From Gammaproteobacteria bacterium (lineage in GTDB: Bacteria > Pseudomonadota > Gammaproteobacteria > SZUA-229), in NCBI GenBank assembly GCA_016191795.1, contig JACPVK010000437.1, forward strand, positions 1-29,753: a stretch of 29,753 nt of DNA, read 5' to 3'. A program made the position numbers and the translations under genes. The notes below the pieces were generated by a model that ran no database searches, was not told the DNA's origin, and saw only the letters and a program-made list of their open reading frames with translations. Shown one piece after another: positions 9,342-15,908 of the stretch (the first letter of the stretch is position 1; every line of letters begins with the position of its first letter).

Positions 9342-9397
9342 AATAGAAGATATGCACATATTGAACTGAAAATTGAAAAAATCAACAGCTCAGCCCC

Positions 9398-9413
9398 TGG
9401 CACTGTTGTTGCA
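9398..9413 (+). promoter_or_regulatory. Candidate sigma54 (-24/-12) promoter with no downstream same-strand gene
   Basis: TGGCACTGTTGTTGCA matches TGGCAC-N5-TTGCW with exact GG-N10-GC spacing. Confidence 0.35.
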
Positions 9414-9468
9414 TTTTTAAACACTGTGATTTTTAATTCCGCAGGTAATCTCAGCAATATTTCACGAA

Positions 9469-9497
9469 GATTCCCGACAAAAGCATTCGGGAATGAC
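9469..9497 (+). repeat. ATTCCC...GGGAATGAC-type REP-like hairpin
   Basis: GATTCCCGA-CAAAAGCAT-TCGGGAAT-GAC. Confidence 0.55.
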
Positions 9498-9548
9498 GCT
9501 GAATTATTTGTGTTTATACTTGTTCAGCGGTTCCCTGGCTTGATGAAT

Positions 9549-9740
9549 TCAGGCTGTTTTACTTAACTTGTCACGTAACAGGCTTATCAGTTTCTCGGCA
9601 TTATCCTGCAACTCGGGCGGTATGACTTCGAACAAATATTCCACTTCATCCAGTGCTTTTTCAATATCATCCCGCGACTGAAGCTGAGGCAGTTTCATGG
9701 CAATTTCTTCCATCGAAACATAAGGATTGACACCTTTCAT
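9549..9740 (-). CDS. Small acidic helical hypothetical protein (63 aa)
   Basis: GAGGA RBS; amphipathic pattern (DIEKALDEVEYLFEVIPPELQDNAEKLISLL); directly downstream of the peroxidase gene. Confidence 0.65.
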   Translation of the reverse strand: MKGVNPYVSMEEIAMKLPQLQSRDDIEKALDEVEYLFEVIPPELQDNAEKLISLLRDKLSKTA

Positions 9741-9791
9741 AAGAAGATCCTCTTTAGAATAAAAATCACAACAGGCTTCTGCGCTTGCAGC

Positions 9792-10355
9792 TTATTTTTG
9801 CAGAAGCTGTTTTTTAATTTCGCTGATGATCGGTTCCTGCATGGGATTATTGGCACTCTTGTAATCAGCCACCAGATTACCCTTGCGATCAATTAAATAT
9901 TTGTGAAAATTCCATTGTGGATAACGCCCGGCTTTGGTCGCCAGTGCGACATAAAACGGATCAGCATTATTTTCCTTAACTTGCGTCTTTGCAAACATTG
10001 GAAACTCGACGCCATATGTCATTTTACAAAAAGTTTTGACCTCTGCTTCTGTTCCCGGCTCCTGCTGGCCAAAATCATTTGATGGAAAACCCAACACCAC
10101 CAGACCCTGGTCCCGATACTGCCCATATAGTGTTTCCAGTGCACTGTACTGACTGGTATAGGCACATTTACTGGCCGTGTTTACCACCAGTATCACTTTG
10201 CCCTGATAAGCCTCGCAAAGATTGACAATGGTATTTCCGTTGAGCGTTCTAACCTCAAAATCCAGCAAGGGTGAACACTCTTTGGCGGTCGCTTCGCTGC
10301 TAACTAACAAAGCCAGTAATACCATAACCGTTTTCATATCCATGACCTCTTTCAT
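9792..10355 (-). CDS. Glutathione peroxidase family protein (Cys-type) with N-terminal signal peptide
   Basis: GKVILVVNTASKC, VVLGFPSNDFGQQEPG, WNFHKYLID; MKTVMVLLALLVSSEATA leader (start may be 10337). Confidence 0.93.
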   Translation of the reverse strand: MKEVMDMKTVMVLLALLVSSEATAKECSPLLDFEVRTLNGNTIVNLCEAYQGKVILVVNTASKCAYTSQYSALETLYGQYRDQGLVVLGFPSNDFGQQEPGTEAEVKTFCKMTYGVEFPMFAKTQVKENNADPFYVALATKAGRYPQWNFHKYLIDRKGNLVADYKSANNPMQEPIISEIKKQLLQK

Positions 10356-10403
10356 TGTGAATAATTAAATTGTTTGCAGCTCTGATTGAAATACATATCA
10401 AAA

Positions 10404-11282
10404 CTATAAAGGCAACGTTTCCAGTGAAGTGAATTTAGTAACGCCGTCCGGCAATTTACGTAACCGGCGCACGCCTTCACCACCGGCCCAGATATCGACA
10501 TCGTCGGCAATTAATTCGCGCAACTCAAGCAAATGTGAACGAATGCTGCTGTAGGCATAGGCACCACTGAAGGTAATACCTACTACATCTACATTAAATT
10601 GTTTTACGGCGTAACCTATTTGCTCCATCGGTACTTCGCCACCCAGATTAACAATTGAAACACCATGTGATGCCAGCATGGCGGCCACCATTAACAAACC
10701 CAGGGTATGTTCTTCACCGGGCAGTGTGGCCAACATCACCAAGGGTTTGCCGGCATTTTTTTGCATGCTGGCAATTTCGGCATTTAAAAAACGAATCAGT
10801 TGTTGTGACAAAAAATGTTCCTGAAATATTTGCAGCTGACCCCTCGCCCAAAATTCACCCACTGCATGCAACAACGGGTTAACCGTCTGCAATACAAACG
10901 CCTGCATGCCCTGACGGCTGTATTGCTCCCGCAACAGCAATTCGATACGTCCCGCATCGACCGACCGTATGGCAGCCAGCATGTCCGTCACAATGGGATC
11001 AAGGGTCTGCGCTGTCGTTGTTGTTTGCAGACCGGCATCCAGCTCATCCAGGGATGCCTCACTCAGGGGCAGCAACTTACCGGGGCGCATACCCTGGTCC
11101 AGTAACCGGCGAATACGCTGCAAACGCCGTAACTGCGATTCGGAATAGACGCGCTCGCCTTTTTCGTTACGCAAGGGCTCGGGAAATCCGTATCGGCGCT
11201 CCCAAACCCGCAGCGTGTCGCGGCCTATGCCGGTATCGCGCTCCACCACACCGATTGAATACAGACCCTGAATATCAGCCAT
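10404..11282 (-). CDS. carH: CarH/LitR-family B12-dependent light-responsive repressor (MerR HTH + B12-binding)
   Basis: MerR HTH (YSIGVVERDTGIGRDTLRVWERRYG); W-x9-EH (WARGQLQIFQEH) and E-x-H-x2-G (GEEHTLG) cobalamin-binding signatures. Confidence 0.85.
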   Translation of the reverse strand: MADIQGLYSIGVVERDTGIGRDTLRVWERRYGFPEPLRNEKGERVYSESQLRRLQRIRRLLDQGMRPGKLLPLSEASLDELDAGLQTTTTAQTLDPIVTDMLAAIRSVDAGRIELLLREQYSRQGMQAFVLQTVNPLLHAVGEFWARGQLQIFQEHFLSQQLIRFLNAEIASMQKNAGKPLVMLATLPGEEHTLGLLMVAAMLASHGVSIVNLGGEVPMEQIGYAVKQFNVDVVGITFSGAYAYSSIRSHLLELRELIADDVDIWAGGEGVRRLRKLPDGVTKFTSLETLPL

Positions 11283-11323
11283 TGAATCTCACCCTGTAGA
11301 CGATGGATGGAATAATAACACGT

Positions 11324-11358
11324 TTTGTCCTAGACAAACAAGATTATTTATGTATACT
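11324..11358 (+). promoter_or_regulatory. Putative sigma70 promoter of the small-gene operon with a dyad over the -35 (candidate CarH operator)
   Basis: TTTGTC-CTA-GACAAA (11324-11338) overlapping TAGACA(11331)-16 nt-TATACT(11353). Confidence 0.5.
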
Positions 11359-11414
11359 GGACCCATGAGCCATACAGCCTCATACCCATTCTTCACCCCC
11401 ACAGGAGAAGCGCC

Positions 11415-11579
11415 ATGAGTAAATATGAACAGCAAATCCAGAACACCGAGAAGTTTTACGATGCCGCCATGCGTGCTGTCGAGCTGGAAGATGTCGAAAT
11501 CCTGAGCTCAGTGGTACCGGGCAGCACACTTCACGACAAGATTACCAACCCTTATGTGAGTGGCATTGACGAAGGTTAG
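11415..11579 (+). CDS. Small acidic protein, 54 aa (MSKYEQQIQNTEKFYDAAMRAVELEDVEILSSVVPGSTLHDKITNPYVSGIDEG); not in ORF track
   Basis: AGGAG RBS at 11403-11407, upstream promoter, downstream terminator; translated by hand. Confidence 0.7.
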   Translation: MSKYEQQIQNTEKFYDAAMRAVELEDVEILSSVVPGSTLHDKITNPYVSGIDEG

Positions 11580-11589
11580 TCGTGTCATT

Positions 11590-11618
11590 GGGAGGCCACC
11601 CCCTGGCCTCCCCTTTTT
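11590..11618 (+). terminator. Intrinsic terminator inside the small-gene cluster
   Basis: GGGAGGCCA-CCCCC-TGGCCTCCC followed by CTTTTT. Confidence 0.8.
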
Positions 11619-11637
11619 ATAGCTGCGAGGCATCTCT

Positions 11638-11787
11638 ATGCAAAAACCCGTTGCCAAACCAGCAGATATCACACCGGGCGTAGATACACCGCAACAACAA
11701 CGCCTGCCTTGCCGCGGGTGTACCCGTCACTGTGCCAATTATGGCCGGTGCGACGGCAAGCCCTGGCGTTTGATTCAAAAAAGCTAA
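11638..11787 (+). CDS. Small Cys4 protein, 49 aa (MQKPVAKPADITPGVDTPQQQRLPCRGCTRHCANYGRCDGKPWRLIQKS); not in ORF track
   Basis: GAGG RBS; C-x2-C-x3-C-x5-C motif; fills the gap between the terminator and the next RBS (19 bp to the next ATG); translated by hand. Confidence 0.7.
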   Translation: MQKPVAKPADITPGVDTPQQQRLPCRGCTRHCANYGRCDGKPWRLIQKS

Positions 11788-11806
11788 TCCATACGAGGAC
11801 CCGATC

Positions 11807-12031
11807 ATGCGCATTTCAACACTCGATCCGATTTCCATGCACGATGTACACAATATCGATAGCGCCCCCTACGTCATTGAAGGCACCGGCCCCAATGCAC
11901 TGAAAATATATTTCGAAAGCGAAACCAATAAAGCCGAGTATCTCGACATTCCGTTGCACACCGCCAATTCAACCATAACAGCTGCCTATGCCCAATGTGC
12001 CGATTCAGACATTACTGGCAGCATTAACTAG
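11807..12031 (+). CDS. Small hypothetical protein (74 aa), YHS/TRASH-like pattern without cysteines
   Basis: GAGGA RBS; DPISMHDV...KIYFESETNKAEYL resembles the DP..G..V....YF.SE....F layout. Confidence 0.7.
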   Translation: MRISTLDPISMHDVHNIDSAPYVIEGTGPNALKIYFESETNKAEYLDIPLHTANSTITAAYAQCADSDITGSIN

Positions 12032-12038
12032 CACGGGT

Positions 12039-12455
12039 ATGACTGTGCAAAACAATTTAAAACTCACCATCTTCTATGACAGCCAATGCCCGCTTTGCCT
12101 GGCCGAAATGCAACAATTAAAAAAGCTAGATAAGACCGGATCATTGGGTTTTGCCAATCTGCATGATGCTGACTTTGAAGAGCGCTATCCGCATATCGAT
12201 AAAGTCTATGCCAATCGCATTTTGCATGGCCAGCTTGATACGGGTGAAATATTGCTGGGTCTTGATGTGACATGCAAAGCCTGGTCACTGGCAGGCAAGC
12301 ACAGGTGGCTGGCCATATTACGCTGGCCTGTTATTCGAATACTGGCAGACAGCATTTACCTTTTGTTTGCACGTCATCGTTATCGTATTTCCTATTGGTT
12401 AACGGGCAAACCCCGCTGCAACACTTGCATGCTGGACAGCTCGTTAAAACCATAA
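12039..12455 (+). CDS. DUF393 / DCC-family thiol-disulfide oxidoreductase-like protein
   Basis: LTIFYDSQCPLC (DxxCxxC), GLDVTCKAW, YLLFARHRYRIS; start moved to ATG 12039. Confidence 0.9.
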   Translation: MTVQNNLKLTIFYDSQCPLCLAEMQQLKKLDKTGSLGFANLHDADFEERYPHIDKVYANRILHGQLDTGEILLGLDVTCKAWSLAGKHRWLAILRWPVIRILADSIYLLFARHRYRISYWLTGKPRCNTCMLDSSLKP

Positions 12456-12469
12456 ATTCGGCCAGCCTG

Positions 12470-12751
12470 ATGAATCTACGTTTACAGCAGCTCATACAAA
12501 ACAACAGCGTTCAGGATGAAACCAGTGAATGCTGGTTATGGACCGGTCAAATATCCAATAGCGGTTATGGCAGAATGATGATTAAGAATGACAACAACCA
12601 GACGCAAATGGAAAGCGCCCAGCAAATCAGTTACCGGGCGTATATCGGTGAAATCACAACGGGTATGCTGAGTCGCCAAACCTGTCACAATCGTTTGTGT
12701 GTTAATCCGGCGCATCTGGAATTATTTGATCCGGATGCCTGGTGCAAATGA
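12470..12751 (+). CDS. HNH (His-Me finger)-like small protein, probably catalytically degenerate (93 aa)
   Basis: ECWLWTG...SGYG...ISY...IGEI..G...TCHNRLCVNPAHL. Start moved to ATG 12470 because the upstream extension overlaps DUF393. Confidence 0.75.
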   Translation: MNLRLQQLIQNNSVQDETSECWLWTGQISNSGYGRMMIKNDNNQTQMESAQQISYRAYIGEITTGMLSRQTCHNRLCVNPAHLELFDPDAWCK

Positions 12752-12757
12752 TATGGA

Positions 12758-13669
12758 TTATATTTTGTCGCGGTAAAAATCAATAAACGCTTTTACCTTT
12801 GCCGGCAAATGTTTGCGGTTAGAATACAGTACAAAAACTTCTTTCACATCCAGCTGCGGATAGAAAATGGTGTAGTCGGGAAATATCTCCACCAGTTCAC
12901 CACTGGCCAGCTGCTCTCGTAACAGCTGAACCGGTAACAATGTGATACCCATATGCTGCATTGTCATGGCGATCATCACTGCCACCATATTGGTGTTAAC
13001 CTTACCACTGACTTCTATTACCTGCTCTGTTTTCTGATCTTTAAATGCCCACTGGAAGCTGTGATCAAACACAATGCAATTATGCTCAAGCAAGTCTGTT
13101 GGCACTAATGGCTTGCCATGTTTTTTAAAATATTCGGGGGTTGCACACAATACCAGAACAACCTTGCCTAACGATTGCGCGACATAACTACTGTCATGCA
13201 GGGCGCCTACGCGCAACACCAGATCAAGCCGTTCTTCGACGATATCCTGCATATCATCGGTTGCGACTATATCCAGCTCTATTTCCGGATGCGCCGCCAT
13301 AAATTCGCTGATATAAGGTGCAATTTTTATTTCTGTCCAGCCGATGGGTGCCCCTATTTTCAGCAAGCCTGATGCGCTTTTTTTAAAATCCGAAATCGCA
13401 TTACCGGCCTCGATGACTTCGCGTTGAATTTTCCGCGCTTTTTTATAATAAATTTCCCCGGCTTCGGTAAGGCTGATGCGCCGGGTTGTGCGTTGCAATA
13501 ATCGCACACCCAGATTCTCCTCCAGCGCACCGATCTGGCGTGACACCGAGGGCTGGGAGACACCCAGTCTACGGGCCGCTTCCGAAAAACTGCGACTGTC
13601 CGCCACCGCGATGAACACTTCCATACAGGCCAGCAGGTTGGTATTGTCGGTCATATTTATACGCTCCAT
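12758..13669 (-). CDS. LysR-family transcriptional regulator (CrgA/DmlR-like)
   Basis: SFSEAARRLGVSQPSVSRQIGALEENLGVRLLQRTTRRISLTEAG HTH; PBP2 effector domain (start may be 13654). Confidence 0.95.
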   Translation of the reverse strand: MERINMTDNTNLLACMEVFIAVADSRSFSEAARRLGVSQPSVSRQIGALEENLGVRLLQRTTRRISLTEAGEIYYKKARKIQREVIEAGNAISDFKKSASGLLKIGAPIGWTEIKIAPYISEFMAAHPEIELDIVATDDMQDIVEERLDLVLRVGALHDSSYVAQSLGKVVLVLCATPEYFKKHGKPLVPTDLLEHNCIVFDHSFQWAFKDQKTEQVIEVSGKVNTNMVAVMIAMTMQHMGITLLPVQLLREQLASGELVEIFPDYTIFYPQLDVKEVFVLYSNRKHLPAKVKAFIDFYRDKI

Positions 13670-13679
13670 GAATAAATGC

Positions 13680-13696
13680 TATGCATAATATGCATA
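13680..13696. promoter_or_regulatory. LysR recognition site
   Basis: Dyad TATGCAT-AAT-ATGCATA containing T-N11-A (13682/13694) in the divergent LysR/SDR spacer. Confidence 0.7.
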
Positions 13697-13754
13697 TTAT
13701 CTTTTATGTACAAATGAATAACATGGGCGGCACCCCAACAATGGAGAGTTAAAA

Positions 13755-14492
13755 ATGATCAAGTTTGATGTAAAAGAAAAAACCGCTCTGGTAACAGGTG
13801 CTAACCGTGGCATAGGCCTTGCCTATGTAGAACACCTGATTAAACGTGGTGCCCGTAAGGTGTATGCCGGCGTACGCGATGCCAGTACATTTGCCAGCCT
13901 GAAAGCTATCCATGAAAACGTTGAACCCGTTTTACTCGATGTCACCCGAACCGACCACATACAGGCACTGGCAAAAAAAATAGCGACGCTGGACCTGTTA
14001 ATCAATAATGCCGGCATTATTCATCCGTGTTTTAACGGCGCCGACAATGCCGCAGAGATTGCACGGACCGAAATGGAAGCCAATTATCTTGGCCCGCTCA
14101 ATTTAACACTGGCACTGTTGCCAGCACTAAAAAAATCCAGAGGCGTCATTGTTAATGTTTCATCCATTGCCGGTATCAGTAACTTCCCCAGCCTGGGCCC
14201 CTACTCTGCCACCAAAGCGGCACTGCATTCACTCACTCAAGGCTTAAGAGCTGAATTACAACGCGATGGCATGATGGTAGCCGGTGTCTACCCTGGCCCT
14301 ATTGATACCCGCATGACTGAACATTTTGAAATGGAAAAAGCACCAACCAGCCAGGTAGCAGAACGCACCTTCGCGGCTCTCGCCAAAGGTGAAGTGGATA
14401 TTTTTCCGGACAGTTTTTCGGAGCAAATGTACGGTATGTTTCTCGCCAACCCGAAAGAGCTGGAAAAAACGTTTGGCGGGATGATTCAATAA
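13755..14492 (+). CDS. Short-chain dehydrogenase/reductase (SDR)
   Basis: TGANRGIG, NNAG, NVSS, YSATK (YxxxK), PGPIDT; GGAG RBS. Confidence 0.95.
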   Translation: MIKFDVKEKTALVTGANRGIGLAYVEHLIKRGARKVYAGVRDASTFASLKAIHENVEPVLLDVTRTDHIQALAKKIATLDLLINNAGIIHPCFNGADNAAEIARTEMEANYLGPLNLTLALLPALKKSRGVIVNVSSIAGISNFPSLGPYSATKAALHSLTQGLRAELQRDGMMVAGVYPGPIDTRMTEHFEMEKAPTSQVAERTFAALAKGEVDIFPDSFSEQMYGMFLANPKELEKTFGGMIQ

Positions 14493-14534
14493 CGCCATAC
14501 AACGATCTTATATAAACGTAAAACATAAGATAAG

Positions 14535-14562
14535 AAAAGCCCATTCAATTGAATGGGCTTTT
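14535..14562. terminator. Bidirectional intrinsic terminator
   Basis: Perfect 28-bp palindrome AAAAGCCCATTCAA/TTGAATGGGCTTTT between convergent genes. Confidence 0.85.
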
Positions 14563-14580
14563 TATTATGCGAATTGATGA

Positions 14581-14976
14581 TTAAACGCGGCTCATCACAC
14601 CAAAGCTTTTAACAAACGGCGATGCCATGCGTGGATCTTTTAACATGGACGTGTAATCACCTTTTATAAATTTGAGTTTACCGGTTGTAAAGGCAATGCC
14701 CAGACCCGTCATACCGGGTTCCTTGCTAAACCAGCTTTTCCACTGGCTATCGGATGCGCGCAAATCCCAGTTCAGAGTTTGATTACTGTATTCACCGGCC
14801 TCAACCACATGACCATTTTCCACTTTAATGTAGCCTACCGGTGCATCAGCACCTTCAAATCCGTAACCAATCACAGAATTAAACGATATTTTATTCAGCG
14901 CAGCTGAAAGTTCCGGCTCCTTGTTCCATTCTTCTTTATATTTATTCATCCAGTCGGCTTTAAACAAGTTACTCAT
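14581..14976 (-). CDS. SCP2 (sterol carrier protein-2)-like lipid-binding domain protein
   Basis: LFKADWMNKYKEEWN...WDLRASDSQWKSW...AFTTGKLKFIKGD pattern; GGGGA RBS. Confidence 0.7.
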   Translation of the reverse strand: MSNLFKADWMNKYKEEWNKEPELSAALNKISFNSVIGYGFEGADAPVGYIKVENGHVVEAGEYSNQTLNWDLRASDSQWKSWFSKEPGMTGLGIAFTTGKLKFIKGDYTSMLKDPRMASPFVKSFGVMSRV

Positions 14977-15113
14977 ATCTATCCCCTGTTGGTTTTTATG
15001 ATTTCATTTTGTGCTTGCCAGGCAGAAGGTAACGGCAAGCGGCGGTAGATTGAGATATGTTTAAGACAGGGTCAAGCCAGGCAGATCTTATATTTGGAAC
15101 ACTTCACGTTTTT

Positions 15114-15139
15114 TATAAATCAGTACGTACTGATTTATA
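15114..15139. promoter_or_regulatory. Perfect 26-bp palindrome, candidate operator
   Basis: TATAAATCAGTAC/GTACTGATTTATA, upstream of the SCP2-like gene; no U-tract after it on the minus (gene) strand. Confidence 0.5.
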
Positions 15140-15180
15140 TTGCAAGAACTGTTGATGCGGATGTGACAACAATAAAAAGA

Positions 15181-15735
15181 TTATCGAGCATCTAATAAAA
15201 CGATTGCATCACCTGAATTCATTGTCCCATTGACAGATTCACTACTTAACACGGTAGATTGCCCATTCTTTATATCAATATATTTCGCTTCAACAGAATC
15301 ATGATTATTAACCTGCCCGGCTTGCTCGTACAAGCCGCCACCATTATTGTCATTCAAAATAATCTCATAATAAGCCATGTTCTGTTTCAGAAGCATCTGA
15401 TCATTGTCGACTTTTATGATTGCTATACCTGGCAATATCTCAGTTCCCTGATAAAACCAGCGTGCTGGTTCATTATTCACCCTTATCAGGGCACTGGCTG
15501 TTTTACTATCGGCTAATAGCGTTCCCTCCAAACTTAATGCAGGGAAGGCTATTTTGGCAGATTCTGACTGGCTTGATTGAAGGGTGTTATTTTCTGTTTG
15601 ACGGGATATGTCGGCCGCTACAATTTCCTGTGTCGCAGGACTTAAACGATCATGCCCTGTCATATACAACATTATTATGGCACCAAAAATTAAAATAATT
15701 AGAGCAATTCTGGCATTACGATTATTTATTATCAT
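15181..15735 (-). CDS. Type II secretion GspC/PilP-like protein (N-terminal TM + HR domain), stand-alone
   Basis: Single N-terminal TM, linker, then LSLEGTL....ASALI.......F..G.EI.PG..I.KV..DQ.LL.......I.L. Confidence 0.7.
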   Translation of the reverse strand: MIINNRNARIALIILIFGAIIMLYMTGHDRLSPATQEIVAADISRQTENNTLQSSQSESAKIAFPALSLEGTLLADSKTASALIRVNNEPARWFYQGTEILPGIAIIKVDNDQMLLKQNMAYYEIILNDNNGGGLYEQAGQVNNHDSVEAKYIDIKNGQSTVLSSESVNGTMNSGDAIVLLDAR

Positions 15736-15908
15736 AAGTGGCCTTGCCTGAATAACACCTCAACAAACTGAATTAACTTCAATATACAAAGCATCAGACC
15801 GGTCGAATAAACAATTCGAAATTACTGATAATCTATCGTGCATCCGTATAATCAAAAATCAAGACCGACAACACAACGAGATGATATAAATCAGTGCCAT
15901 TTATATAT

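Noticed and set aside
9061-9566. Overlapping ORFs 9061-9357, 9137-9346, 9212-9457, 9279-9566
   Set aside because: They run through the MITE-like element and REP hairpin, have no recognisable motifs and overlap each other
11283-11414. Tandem 11-bp CarH direct repeats (TnnACA)
   Set aside because: Only isolated matches (TAGACA on +, TATACA on minus) and no clear 11-bp periodic array; only the dyad is reported
11700-11780. Cobalamin riboswitch (CCCGTCACTGTG resembles the CCCGCAACTGT core; carH is nearby)
   Set aside because: Other conserved elements (GGGAA, B12 box) were not found and the segment is explained by the Cys4 coding frame; an Rfam scan would settle it
12272-12469. N-terminal extension of the HNH-like ORF
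   Set aside because: Overlaps the DUF393 gene in another frame; HNH-like sequence begins only after ATG 12470
12470-12751. Active homing endonuclease / mobile intron
   Set aside because: The catalytic His position is Gln, there is no interrupted host gene, intron structure or phage context, and it sits in an operon
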